Origin: Candidatus Uhrbacteria bacterium RIFCSPLOWO2_01_FULL_47_17
Lineage (GTDB): Bacteria; Patescibacteriota; Patescibacteriia; UBA9934; GWF2-40-263
DNA: 53,751 bases
NCBI GenBank assembly: GCA_001791305.1
Contig: MGEI01000003.1
Location: 182,910 to 236,660 of the forward strand
Reading direction: 5' to 3'
The notes beneath the pieces are model-generated. The model saw only the letters and a program-made list of their open reading frames with translations, had not been told where the DNA came from and did not search any database. Position 1 is the first letter of the stretch. The number at the start of each line of letters is the position of its first letter. Shown here one piece after another: positions 9,573-21,613 of this stretch. The translations under genes and the position numbers were made by a program.

Positions 9573-11084
9573 TTAAATTGATTGTGAAATCAAGGTGAAG
9601 GCGTTCTGCACCGTCGGTGTAGTCACCAAAAGTCCGAGAAGAACAATCAGCACGATCTGCGTGATTACGACCGCGTGCGTGAGGGTGAATCGTTCCGTGT
9701 GATCAACAGATTCTTGTGTTCCTTCTTCGTCCACCGCATACAACATAATCATCGTGCTTTTCAACATACTGAAGGCAATCATGGAGAGCGCAAGAAGAAG
9801 GACGATCGTAAGCCATGGAACGGACAGTAATCCAGCACCCACAAGCATGAATTCACTTGTAAACAGACCAGACGGTGGAATGGCGATGATCGCAAGAATA
9901 CCGAGCGCAAACAACGTTGCGGTGATCGGTGCTTTCTTCATCAAGTTCTTCACACCACTTATCTTGGTTGTCTTTTGAGAAAGCAAAATTTCACCTGCCG
10001 TAAAAAACAAGGCGGATTTTGCGAGAGTGTGAAATACGGAGTGAATCGTGAGCGCGAGCATGCCGACAGGGCCGAGACCGGAAGCAAAGCCCATGAGACC
10101 CATGTGTTCAACACTCGAATACGCAAGCATGCGCTTATAATTTCTGGGCTGTAAGATAAAGAATGCGGCAACGACAACCGACAACAATCCGAATCCGATC
10201 ATTAAGTGATCCGTCCACGTAGAATCTCCGAGCGTGCTATCCGTAAGAATTTTGAAACGAAGGAGAACGAAAAAGGCAACGTTCAACAAAACTCCTGACA
10301 AAAGAGCACTCACAGGAGATGGCGTTTTACTGTGTGCGTCTGGAAGCCATGTATGCATTGGGACAAAACCAACTTTTGTTCCAATTCCTACTAAAATGAA
10401 TACGAATGCCAATTTAACAGCGTCTACAGGAAACAACCCAGTTTGCTCACGCAACGATGCATAGGAAAATGCTTTGAAAACATCGAGTCCAGATTCAAGG
10501 CCCGCATGCACCATCATGAGAAGTCCAATCATGCTGATTCCAATTCCAACGGAACACAGAATGATAAATTTCCAGGCCGCCTCGATAGACGCGTCTTTTC
10601 TGTAAAGCGCGACAAGCAATGTTGTGGTGAGGGTTGTTCCTTCAAGCGCAATCCACAAAACTCCAAGATGATCTGCAAAGACGGCGATCAACATGGACAA
10701 AATAAAGAGAGGGACGCAGAAAAAATACAAACGAACCTTGTCGAGCGTCAATAGATGCTCGCGTGATTCTTCGCCAATGTAACGCACGCTTGCGATGATT
10801 GCGGTGAGGTAAGTAAACGAGATGAGTGCAACCATGAACCAGACATAATAGCTACTCGCACGCAACCAATCGAGATTCATACGATCCGCATAAAACCAAT
10901 TTGCCGCAAAAGGCACATTCCATCCGTAACGAAATGCTCCGGAAAGAAAAACAGCAGAAAGAAGGAGAAACGCACCGCTACCGAGCACCGCAAAAAAGAG
11001 CGCGCTCATGCGGATTTGTTTTTCTGTGCGTGCAAGGAATGCACTCGCCGCCGCGAAAAGAAAAATGTTGAGAAAAATAAACAT
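9573..11084 (-). CDS. HyfF-like proton-translocating antiporter subunit
   Basis: WIALEGTT, EAAWKF, GTKVGFVPMHTWLPDAHSKTPSPVSALLSG, KRMLAYSSVEH. Confidence 0.92.
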   Translation of the reverse strand: MFIFLNIFLFAAASAFLARTEKQIRMSALFFAVLGSGAFLLLSAVFLSGAFRYGWNVPFAANWFYADRMNLDWLRASSYYVWFMVALISFTYLTAIIASVRYIGEESREHLLTLDKVRLYFFCVPLFILSMLIAVFADHLGVLWIALEGTTLTTTLLVALYRKDASIEAAWKFIILCSVGIGISMIGLLMMVHAGLESGLDVFKAFSYASLREQTGLFPVDAVKLAFVFILVGIGTKVGFVPMHTWLPDAHSKTPSPVSALLSGVLLNVAFFVLLRFKILTDSTLGDSTWTDHLMIGFGLLSVVVAAFFILQPRNYKRMLAYSSVEHMGLMGFASGLGPVGMLALTIHSVFHTLAKSALFFTAGEILLSQKTTKISGVKNLMKKAPITATLFALGILAIIAIPPSGLFTSEFMLVGAGLLSVPWLTIVLLLALSMIAFSMLKSTMIMLYAVDEEGTQESVDHTERFTLTHAVVITQIVLIVLLGLLVTTPTVQNAFTLISQSI

Positions 11085-11085
11085 A

Positions 11086-11715
11086 TTATTCCGTGAGCTC
11101 AGTTAAAGATTCGGTATCCCCTGTTGCGTAGAGCTCTTGGACATGACGGCTTAAAACTGCCATGAGGACGGCTCCGGTAATGACCACGAACAAAATTCCT
11201 GTTTCAATCATGAACGGAAAACCGCCAATCATGAGAACACCATACGCAGCAATTCCATTTTCCATGGTCATAAAACCAATGATCTGGGAATACAAATCTT
11301 TACGCACGATCATGAACATGAGTCCAAGCAATACAAGCGCAATAGAAAGATATGGAGCTCCAGGCATCTTCATCGAAACAAAAACGGAGACGAGCAAAAT
11401 AAGCAAAGCGACAAAATACGTTGCGGTCGGACGCAAATAGAACTTCAGCGCCATTGATGCATGTACTTTCTTTGCGGCGAACATGAGGATCAGCGGAGCA
11501 AGAATCACCTTAAAAAACACGTTGATTGCCGCAATGGTGTATGGCTGTTCTTCGCCGTGCATGAGAGAAGACGTCACAATGAGTCCCGCAAGACAGAGCG
11601 AAGAAAGCGCAAAATAACGCAACATCGCAGGAAGACGCGGCTTCCCCATCATGACGATCGCAAACAAAAGCGTACCGCCCATGAAAACATTATTCCAAAG
11701 AGAAAGGGTAATCAT
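11086..11715 (-). CDS. HyfE-like membrane subunit
   Basis: Multi-TM; FKVILAP, SQIIGFMTMENG, PFMIE; position in operon. Confidence 0.88.
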   Translation of the reverse strand: MITLSLWNNVFMGGTLLFAIVMMGKPRLPAMLRYFALSSLCLAGLIVTSSLMHGEEQPYTIAAINVFFKVILAPLILMFAAKKVHASMALKFYLRPTATYFVALLILLVSVFVSMKMPGAPYLSIALVLLGLMFMIVRKDLYSQIIGFMTMENGIAAYGVLMIGGFPFMIETGILFVVITGAVLMAVLSRHVQELYATGDTESLTELTE

Positions 11716-12647
11716 AGTGTGATGTGAATGAGGGCAAAGACAAGACCGGCAAGCGCAAAGAAGAAGGCGATCGTGAGATACTCTTGCATGCGATAAAAAC
11801 GCATTTTGGCGATCATGGATTCAAGAAGCGCAAGCAAAAATGAAACGATAACCACTTTTATGATCATCCAACCAAGGGCCATAATGATCGCAATAAGTGT
11901 TGCATCAACCGCAAGCGTCATGGGAAACAAAACGTTTGCAACAAGTAACGAGAAAATGGTGAGTTTCAGTCCAGAAGCATATTCGAGCATCGCAAGATAA
12001 GGACCGGAATACTCAAGAACCATCGCTTCATGAACCATGGTGAGCTCAAGGTGAGTTGCTGGATTGTCGACGGGGTAACGCGCATTTTCTGCAAGCGCAA
12101 TCATGATTAGGGCGGCGATTGCGGGAAGAAGAGCGGGTGATGTCAAAATGTTTGCGCTTGCAAACATGGTATCAACCGTGAATGCGCCTGTAACAACGGC
12201 AAAGGTTGCAAATGTTGCGATCATGGCTGGTTCCACGAGCGAGGCAAGGGTCATTTCACGCGATGCGCCCATTCCACCAAACGCACTCGCACTTTCAAGT
12301 CCGCCCATCACAAGAAATGCGGTGCCGAGGGCAAGAACGCCCGCGATGATCATGAAGTGACCAAGATGTGAGAGAGCTCCACCGAAGACCACGAGCGGCA
12401 AAACGCAGACGAGAAACAGTGTGCTTGCAAGAACCACAAATGGGACTAAACGAAAAACCCATGAAGTGCTTTTCGAAATAACCATTTGTTTTTTCAGAAG
12501 AGTCGCGTACGTAATGTACGGCAAAAACGGAGAAGCTCCGTGACGACCTTGCAAACGCGCTTTGAACAGGCGAACGAGCCCAACAACAAATGGCGCAATC
12601 GCAAGTGTGGCAACAAATTGAACGAGAGTTAAGAGAATGGAATTCAT
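11712..12647 (-). CDS. HyfC/NuoH-like membrane subunit
   Basis: KARLQGRHG, FGGMGASRE, AENARYPVDNPATHLELTMVHEAMVLEYSG. Confidence 0.93.
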   Translation of the reverse strand: MNSILLTLVQFVATLAIAPFVVGLVRLFKARLQGRHGASPFLPYITYATLLKKQMVISKSTSWVFRLVPFVVLASTLFLVCVLPLVVFGGALSHLGHFMIIAGVLALGTAFLVMGGLESASAFGGMGASREMTLASLVEPAMIATFATFAVVTGAFTVDTMFASANILTSPALLPAIAALIMIALAENARYPVDNPATHLELTMVHEAMVLEYSGPYLAMLEYASGLKLTIFSLLVANVLFPMTLAVDATLIAIIMALGWMIIKVVIVSFLLALLESMIAKMRFYRMQEYLTIAFFFALAGLVFALIHITL

Positions 12648-14626
12648 AGGGCGATCGTCAAAGTAACAACGAGAGCGATGAAGATGAGGGCAATGTAGAA
12701 TTGAATCACTCCGTTTTGGAGCTTACGAACTTGTGTGGAAGTCCAAAGGCACGCGTGTTGAATAGGAACATACAAAACGTCGTACCAGATTTGACGCAGA
12801 TCAAGGGAAAATATTCGTGAAGCGATCCAAGGATTACTCGCAAGCACTGGTGTTGCGATCACGTTCTTTTTTGTTCGTGTGATCATGCGAAAAAAGAATC
12901 GAATCGGAGAAGAGAATGCGGTTGCCGTATATTCCATTCCGGATGTAATCGGCTGTCCGCAGTCCCATGTGTGATAGGGGCGCTCGTGTTTTTTATTTGA
13001 GAGCAGTCTTCGAGCAACGAAGACAACGAGAAACAACGCAATCAACACATCAAATAAGACGAGAGGATTCAGTGTCGCTTCTGCCACAACAAGATTTGTG
13101 TGCCATGTTTCAAAAGAAGTCAGATCGGCAAATCCAATGATACTCAAGATCCAAGGTGCACATGCACCAACGAAAATCGTAAGTGCAGCGAGTGCAAAGA
13201 TAGGAACGGCAATCAATGCATCCGGAGCTTTTGCGTGTGCTGCATGTTCTGAGCGAGGTTCGGCGAGAAAACCGATTCCGAACAATTTAATCATGGCAAA
13301 CAGGGCGAGACCTCCAACAAGAGCCATGGTGACAAGAACCAAAACGAGAACACCTTGGATAAATGGCGACATCTGGGACAGATTCGCAACGAGATTCTGA
13401 ATGAATGTCCATTCCGCCATGAATGCGGAGAATGGTGGAAGAGCGGCAGCGGCAAGGGCAAGAATAAGCATGGAGCCAGAAAAAACTGGCATGCGCTTCG
13501 AGAACCCGCCCATAACCTCGAGACTTCGAGAATGTGCGGCGTGAACCATCACACCAGCACCCATAAATAATCCGGACTTAAAAAAGGCATGTGCAATAGC
13601 AAATAACAACGCCGCACCAATCGCGACGTGTGCAAAGGTGTCCATGCCTTGTGATTTTACGAGCATGGCAACACCGATCATAGTGAAAATAATTCCCATG
13701 TTCTCAATACTACTGAACGCAAGAACACGTTTTACATCACGCTCGATCACCGCATAAATCACTCCGTAAACAGCCGAAAGGAGTCCGAGTGCGATAACGA
13801 TGAGAGCCTCGGTTGAACTTCTGATTGGAAGGACGGAGAACGTCATCACTAAGAATCCGTACAATGCCATTTTTAACATCACTCCAGACATGAGAGCAGA
13901 AATATGTGATGGAGCTTGCGGGTGGGCTTCTGGCAACCAAACATGAAACGGGACAAGTCCTGCTTTTGAACCAAACCCAAACAGAAACAATAAAAACACC
14001 CCAAACAATGTTTGTGGCGGTAAGCTTTGCGCAAGAACGGCAAGACGTGTGAAAGGTTCAAAAATAGATGAACCCGAAAGGATGAGGAATCCAGCAAGAA
14101 TCGCCCCTGCCCCAAGATGCGTCATGATGAGATAAAAAAGGGCGGCGCGAACGGATGCTGCTTGCTTATCAGCCATCACAAGAAAAAAGGAAGAAATGGA
14201 CATCACTTCCCAAAACACAAGAAATCCAAATGGAGCGGAGGAAAGAAGTACCCCTTGCATCCCAAGGACGAAGATCGCCATGAGACCGTCGAGAACGCGG
14301 ACGTTATAAATTTCTGCATATTGCTCGACATATTTGATCGCGTACACAGATGCGAGACATGCGACGGTATTGAGGAGGAAAAAGAAAAGGGCGGAAAGGG
14401 TGGAAAGGGCGAAAGGTGTACTAAAAAACCAGACAGATTGAGAAATGGCGAGTTGAGATTGACCACTGAGCAAAAATACCGCGCTCGCAATAGCACCTAG
14501 TCCTGTTGAGAGTGCTAGAAGTGTCATGACAGCCCGATGCCCCTGCCCTTTTGCGCTGATACACGAGACGAGCGCGGCGAGCAATGTGCCTGCAAGGGAT
14601 AACAAGACAAAAAACGAAAAATTCAT
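12644..14626 (-). CDS. HyfB/NuoL-like proton-translocating antiporter subunit
   Basis: FWEVMS, KAGLVPFHVWLPEAHPQAPSHISALMSGVMLK, KRVLAFSSIEN, WDCG, MEYTATAFS; start at MNFSFF. Confidence 0.93.
   Translation of the reverse strand: MNFSFFVLLSLAGTLLAALVSCISAKGQGHRAVMTLLALSTGLGAIASAVFLLSGQSQLAISQSVWFFSTPFALSTLSALFFFLLNTVACLASVYAIKYVEQYAEIYNVRVLDGLMAIFVLGMQGVLLSSAPFGFLVFWEVMSISSFFLVMADKQAASVRAALFYLIMTHLGAGAILAGFLILSGSSIFEPFTRLAVLAQSLPPQTLFGVFLLFLFGFGSKAGLVPFHVWLPEAHPQAPSHISALMSGVMLKMALYGFLVMTFSVLPIRSSTEALIVIALGLLSAVYGVIYAVIERDVKRVLAFSSIENMGIIFTMIGVAMLVKSQGMDTFAHVAIGAALLFAIAHAFFKSGLFMGAGVMVHAAHSRSLEVMGGFSKRMPVFSGSMLILALAAAALPPFSAFMAEWTFIQNLVANLSQMSPFIQGVLVLVLVTMALVGGLALFAMIKLFGIGFLAEPRSEHAAHAKAPDALIAVPIFALAALTIFVGACAPWILSIIGFADLTSFETWHTNLVVAEATLNPLVLFDVLIALFLVVFVARRLLSNKKHERPYHTWDCGQPITSGMEYTATAFSSPIRFFFRMITRTKKNVIATPVLASNPWIASRIFSLDLRQIWYDVLYVPIQHACLWTSTQVRKLQNGVIQFYIALIFIALVVTLTIAL
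14388..14414. repeat. Three 9-nt tandem units inside the hyfB-like CDS
   Basis: agggcggaa-agggtggaa-agggcgaaa; encodes FALSTLSAL. Confidence 0.6.
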
Positions 14627-14630
14627 AAAA

Positions 14631-15167
14631 TTACTTTGAGGATGATTGTTTGAGTGCATTCAACACGCCGCGGAGAATCTGTGTTGGTGTTGGAGGGTCT
14701 CCTGGAATTTTGATGTGAACTGGAATGACCTTGTCGAGAGCACCGACAACAGCATAAGAATCTTTCCAGATTCCGCCCGTGCAAGCTCCGTCACCAATCG
14801 CCACAACGATACATGGTTCTGGTGCGGCTTCGTAAGTTGTTCGAACGGCCCTCTCGAGATTACGCGTAACAGGACCCGTAACCCAGACCATGTCTGCGTG
14901 ACGAGGCGACGCAACGAAACTCAAACCAAAACGATCAATATCATAATAGGCATTGTTGAGGGCTGTGAGTTCAATTTCTTCGGCGTTTGTGGATCCGCCA
15001 TCAACGGCACGAATGCGAAGAGATCTTCCTCCGTAGAGATTGATTACGATCGATTTTAATTCTGCGCCAACTGTTTCAAATTCCTCATCTGTCTTTAAAA
15101 AAGATTCTTGTTTTTCGGTGACCCGGGGCCCAAGAAAAAGCCGATTCAGCAATTTTGGAAAGCTCAT
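14631..15167 (-). CDS. Ehr small subunit (HyfI/NuoB-like) with degenerate Fe-S ligands
   Basis: RSLRIRAVDGGSTNAEEIE, YDIDRFG, VASPRHAD, VTGPVT, AIGDGACTGG, IPGDPPTP; start at MSFPKL. Confidence 0.9.
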   Translation of the reverse strand: MSFPKLLNRLFLGPRVTEKQESFLKTDEEFETVGAELKSIVINLYGGRSLRIRAVDGGSTNAEEIELTALNNAYYDIDRFGLSFVASPRHADMVWVTGPVTRNLERAVRTTYEAAPEPCIVVAIGDGACTGGIWKDSYAVVGALDKVIPVHIKIPGDPPTPTQILRGVLNALKQSSSK

Positions 15168-15189
15168 AAGAAGATAAGTGAACCAGAAT

Positions 15190-15218
15190 AATTTACTCTT
15201 GAGAGACAACCGAGTCAA
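15190..15218 (-). promoter_or_regulatory. sigma70-like promoter of Ehr operon
   Basis: TTGACT-17nt-TAAATT on the minus strand. Confidence 0.6.
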
Positions 15219-15276
15219 GCATTTTTTTACACAGGATAAATAAAAAAACCGGGGGGCGAATCCGGTCAGAGGAGGT

Positions 15277-15912
15277 CTATGAAGTGGCAGGTGTCGTCGG
15301 TTCGAATTCGATTTTTTGATCAGAATCAGAGCCATTCTTCTTGTTCATGTGCTTCACGTACTGTTCCCCATTGTTCTCGCGAAACCACTGTTCGAAGGCA
15401 ACACGACTGAGAAAGTACGTTCGTTTTTTTTCGTTCGCATAATCCACATGGATGTAGCAACTGATACGGTCTTTCGGCCACCTGGCTTTGACGCGTTTCT
15501 TTGCTTCAACCACGTGATAGAGAACTTCAACCACGTTCAATCCTTCAAGCTGCGCCGCCCCACATGGTGCATGCACAAACAGAATGATCGTGTTGATATC
15601 CTTCAAGTTGCGGGCGATTCCAATGTGCTTCAACAGATACCGATCGATGTTGTATTCACGATCAAGTGGGCACGCTTCAGAAATGAGCATGCCTCCACCG
15701 TGCTGCTTGAGCGAGTGCAAACGAACTTTGCCTCCCGACTCATCAAGGATACGATGAACGTGGCCATCGATGTCCGCCGCTTGATCGCAGTCGGGACAAA
15801 CAACGGGGATCACACCATTCGGCGCGTCGAGCTTGTGGCCAACAACATCGACAAGAACATGGGCGTCACGCAACATGCGAATGAAACGGACATCTTCTGC
15901 AAGATTTGGCAT
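15277..15912 (-). CDS. Putative beta-class carbonic anhydrase-like Zn protein
   Basis: VVCPD ... HGGG ... INTIILFVHAPCGA gives the CxD and HxxC Zn-ligand pattern of the beta-CA fold. Confidence 0.6.
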   Translation of the reverse strand: MPNLAEDVRFIRMLRDAHVLVDVVGHKLDAPNGVIPVVCPDCDQAADIDGHVHRILDESGGKVRLHSLKQHGGGMLISEACPLDREYNIDRYLLKHIGIARNLKDINTIILFVHAPCGAAQLEGLNVVEVLYHVVEAKKRVKARWPKDRISCYIHVDYANEKKRTYFLSRVAFEQWFRENNGEQYVKHMNKKNGSDSDQKIEFEPTTPATS

Positions 15913-15976
15913 GGGCAGACTCTCGGTTCAAGTTTAGGGTCAAAGAACGTCTCCAAATAGGCACTTGGAGATCACG

Positions 15977-16005
15977 ATGATACCTCCAAATGGGCTTTGC
16001 GTCAA
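15977..16005 (-). promoter_or_regulatory. sigma70-like promoter of CA-like gene
   Basis: TTGACG-17nt-TATCAT on the minus strand. Confidence 0.65.
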
Positions 16006-16011
16006 GGGTAT

Positions 16012-16048
16012 AAAAAAATCCACTGCGCAAAACAGTGGATATCTTTTT
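16012..16048 (-). terminator. Terminator of atp operon
   Basis: atccactg-cgcaaaa-cagtggat hairpin flanked by A/T runs. Confidence 0.7.
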
Positions 16049-16474
16049 CTAATTTTTGTGTGACTTTCTGCGCTTAATGGCAACGTGGTATCGTGCCAGT
16101 TCTCTTTCGAGGTGAACCGCCGCATCTGCAAACGCAACATCATCTTTATGCCGTGTTTCCGTAAGGAATTTGCGTGCGCGTTCTTTCGCCTCCTCAATCT
16201 TCTCGAGTTCGAGTTCCTCGGCACGCTCGGCGGTGTCCGCAAGGATCACAACTTGATTCCCTGGGCGCACCTCGAGAAACCCAGTGGACGCAACAAGATG
16301 TGACTCTTCTCCATTTTTTTTCAAACGAACTTCCCCTGCACGCAAATTGGAAACGAGTGGAACGTGATTCGGCAAAATCGTGACTTCACCCGTTTCTGTC
16401 ATGAGCGTAACCGAATCAACCGTGTCTTCATAAACGATTCGCTCAGGAGTTACGATTTTGAGAAAAATGGGCAT
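16049..16474 (-). CDS. atpC: F1 ATP synthase epsilon subunit
   Basis: IVTPER, GEVTILPNH, GFLEV, ILADTAE. Confidence 0.96.
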   Translation of the reverse strand: MPIFLKIVTPERIVYEDTVDSVTLMTETGEVTILPNHVPLVSNLRAGEVRLKKNGEESHLVASTGFLEVRPGNQVVILADTAERAEELELEKIEEAKERARKFLTETRHKDDVAFADAAVHLERELARYHVAIKRRKSHKN

Positions 16475-16477
16475 AAA

Positions 16478-18785
<2,308 letters not shown>

Positions 18786-18788
18786 AAG

Positions 18789-20291
18789 TTATTTCCATTG
18801 TTCGTTAAATCCTGTGATTGCTTCTTTAAGTGACGCAACAATTTCATCTGTAAGTGCCTTCTCTTCTCGAAGATTCTTCATAACTTCTGCTCCAACAGAA
18901 TTCATGTATGCACGAAACTCTGTTTCCCATCGAACAACTTGATCAATCGAAATTGCATTCAAGAATCCGTTTGTAACGGAAAAAATCACCACAACTTGTT
19001 CCTCAAACGGCAACGGTTGATATTGTAATTGCTTGAGCAACTCTGTTGTTCGGCGTCCAAGTTCAATTTGTGCGCGTGTTCCCGCGTCGAGGTCGGTCGC
19101 AAATTGTGCGAACGCTTCGAGCTCGCGGAATTGCGCGAGGTCGAGACGCAACTTTCCAGCTACTTTCTTCATGGCTTTTGTTTGCGCGGCGGATCCGACA
19201 CGAGAAACAGAGAGACCAACGTTGAGCGCTGGACGAATTCCGCGGTAGAACAAATCGCTCTCGAGATAAATCTGTCCGTCAGTGATTGAGATCACGTTTG
19301 TTGGAATGTAGGCAGAGACATCACCCGCTTGTGTCTCGATAATTGGCAACGCAGTGAGTGATCCTCCTCCGTTCTCTTCATTCAAACGCGCAGCGCGCTC
19401 AAGAAGTCTCGAGTGAAGATAAAAAACGTCTCCAGGATACGCCTCGCGTCCTGGTGGACGGCGGAGCAAGAGCGAGATTTCGCGGTACGCCCATGCGTGC
19501 TTCGACAAATCATCATACACAACGAGTGCATCTTCGCCCTTTGCCATGAAGTATTCTCCGATCGTGCATCCCGTATATGGTGCGATGTACGAAAGAGCGG
19601 CCGGATCGGATGCACCCGCGACAACGACGGTTGTGTATTCCATTGCGCCAGCTTCCTCAAGCTTTGCAACAATCTTTGCGATCTTCGATTCTTTCTGACC
19701 AATTGCAACGTAAATACATTTCACTCCTTGGCCTTTTTGGTTGATGATTGTGTCGACCGCAATCGCTGTTTTTCCAACCTGGCGATCCCCAATAATGAGC
19801 TCACGTTGTCCGCGACCAATTGGGATAAGCGCGTCGATCGCTTTAATTCCCGTTTGAAGTGGAACACCAACGGATTTACGTGTCATCACACCTGGCGCGA
19901 CTTTTTCGATTGGAAAAAACTTGGAAGCACGAAACGCTCCTTTGCCATCGATGGGATTTCCGAGTGGATCTACAACACGCCCAACAATCTCGTCGGATAC
20001 AGGAACAGAGAGAATACGTCCGAGAGCGCGTACGGTATCCCCTTCTTTAATCTTCGTTGTGTCGCCGAGAATAACGGCACCCACCGTATCTTCTTCGAGG
20101 TTGAGAACCACACCAAAGACTCCGCCAGGAAATTCAAGCATTTCGGACGACTTGGCATTCGAGAGTCCGCTCATGCGGGCGGTTCCATCAGAAACAGAGA
20201 GAACGGTTCCGACTTGTTCTTCTGACGTGCTTGTTTGAAATGTTTCGAGCGACTTTTTCAACGCTTCGACGATATCAGTTTTTGTGTTCAT
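18789..20291 (-). CDS. atpA: F1 ATP synthase alpha subunit
   Basis: [28 protein letters not shown]; start at MNTKTD. Confidence 0.99.
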   Translation of the reverse strand: MNTKTDIVEALKKSLETFQTSTSEEQVGTVLSVSDGTARMSGLSNAKSSEMLEFPGGVFGVVLNLEEDTVGAVILGDTTKIKEGDTVRALGRILSVPVSDEIVGRVVDPLGNPIDGKGAFRASKFFPIEKVAPGVMTRKSVGVPLQTGIKAIDALIPIGRGQRELIIGDRQVGKTAIAVDTIINQKGQGVKCIYVAIGQKESKIAKIVAKLEEAGAMEYTTVVVAGASDPAALSYIAPYTGCTIGEYFMAKGEDALVVYDDLSKHAWAYREISLLLRRPPGREAYPGDVFYLHSRLLERAARLNEENGGGSLTALPIIETQAGDVSAYIPTNVISITDGQIYLESDLFYRGIRPALNVGLSVSRVGSAAQTKAMKKVAGKLRLDLAQFRELEAFAQFATDLDAGTRAQIELGRRTTELLKQLQYQPLPFEEQVVVIFSVTNGFLNAISIDQVVRWETEFRAYMNSVGAEVMKNLREEKALTDEIVASLKEAITGFNEQWK

Positions 20292-20295
20292 ACAG

Positions 20296-20679
20296 TTATT
20301 TCGATAACGAAACGGTGAGTTGTTCAAGCGCGCCTTTCAAAGATCCGTCGATGATGCGCTCATCGATGCGAAGTTTTGCGCCGCCGATGAGTGAAGGATC
20401 GATGACTTCTCGAACTTCCGCGCCAGCCGCGAGCTTCGTAAGAGCATCCTTCATCGTTTTAGTAAGCGGATGAGCAGTCTCAATCGTAAGCGTGCTCAAT
20501 CCGTGCTTTTCTTTCCAGATTTGGTCAATCGATCGAACAACATCCTTCAGCTTCTTGAGCTCACCTCGCGCGTGAAGCCATGTAATCAGTTCTGTTGCAG
20601 CCTCTTCGAGATGCTTCTGTGAAGCGCCTTCGACAGACTCGACAAACAGGCGTGCTAATTGTTTAGGAGAAACGTTCAT
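20296..20679 (-). CDS. atpH: ATP synthase delta subunit (short form)
   Basis: [29 protein letters not shown]; between atpF and atpA. Confidence 0.9.
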   Translation of the reverse strand: MNVSPKQLARLFVESVEGASQKHLEEAATELITWLHARGELKKLKDVVRSIDQIWKEKHGLSTLTIETAHPLTKTMKDALTKLAAGAEVREVIDPSLIGGAKLRIDERIIDGSLKGALEQLTVSLSK

Positions 20680-20683
20680 ACGC

Positions 20684-21190
20684 CTAGGACATTTTTTGAA
20701 TAACTTCAGAGGCAATCTTGTGTGATGCTTTCTCATCTACTTCTGATTCGAGAATCTTTTTTGTTGCGGCAACAGCCATTCCAATCAACTCAGCTTTTGC
20801 TTCGTGAAGCATCTGTGCCTTCTCAGCCTGAAGCTGTTCTTTGCCTTGCATCACGACACGTTCAACTTCTTTTTTTGCCGCTGCAAGTAATTCTTGCTTA
20901 CGAACATCCGCATCTGCTTTCGCTGTTTCAAGAATCTGCAATGCCTCTCCCTTTGCAGTGGCAATAATTTGTTTTTGTTCAACTTCAAGCTGTTTCACGC
21001 GAACTTCAACGGCGTCTGATTGCTTCAGACTCTCTTCAATCTTGTTTGATCGATCATCCAAAATTTTAACAAGGGGCTTATAGGCAAATTTCCAAAGCAC
21101 CAACAACACGATCACGAAGTTCACGAGTTGGGCAATAAAAATATTCAAATTGATTCCAAGGGTCGCAATTCCGCCAGTTGGTTCGGACAT
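20684..21190 (-). CDS. atpF: Fo b subunit
   Basis: LGIN...QLVNF...KFAYKPL...R..KI, then coiled coil; start at MSEPTG. Confidence 0.95.
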   Translation of the reverse strand: MSEPTGGIATLGINLNIFIAQLVNFVIVLLVLWKFAYKPLVKILDDRSNKIEESLKQSDAVEVRVKQLEVEQKQIIATAKGEALQILETAKADADVRKQELLAAAKKEVERVVMQGKEQLQAEKAQMLHEAKAELIGMAVAATKKILESEVDEKASHKIASEVIQKMS

Positions 21191-21278
21191 AAAAGAAAAG
21201 TGAAAGAGTGAAAAACTTACATAAACAACAATCCACGTTGATCGTCGACCTGCTCGACAATCATGCGTTGCGTGTCGT

Positions 21279-21506
<228 letters not shown>

Positions 21507-21510
21507 TTAT

Positions 21511-21535
21511 GTAGGGGTGCCCCTTGTGGGTACCC
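21511..21535 (+). repeat. GTAG-type REP element
   Basis: GTAG-GGGTGCCC-cttgt-GGGTACCC; related copy at 36155-36179. Confidence 0.7.
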
Positions 21536-21613
21536 TATAAGTGAGTAAGTTATTTCATCTTCGCGATGAACGTTGATCTTCGAGGAGTCTCGACCATCAA
21601 CACCCTGCGCGAA

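Noticed and set aside
8015-15167. Functional group 4 NiFe hydrogenase / formate hydrogenlyase
   Set aside because: Both CxxC motifs are absent, and no hyp maturation or fdh genes are in the window.
8015-15167. Pseudogenised hydrogenase operon
   Set aside because: All six frames are intact and tightly coupled, with conserved antiporter residues, a promoter and a terminator.
14631-15335. Extended N-termini in the ORF track (also mreB, uvrD, atpF, atpD, gre and others)
   Set aside because: The extensions cross promoters, terminators or neighbouring genes; homology starts at downstream ATGs.
20296-20679. Truncated atpH (and short metG) as pseudogenes
   Set aside because: Short forms are known and the key motifs are intact.
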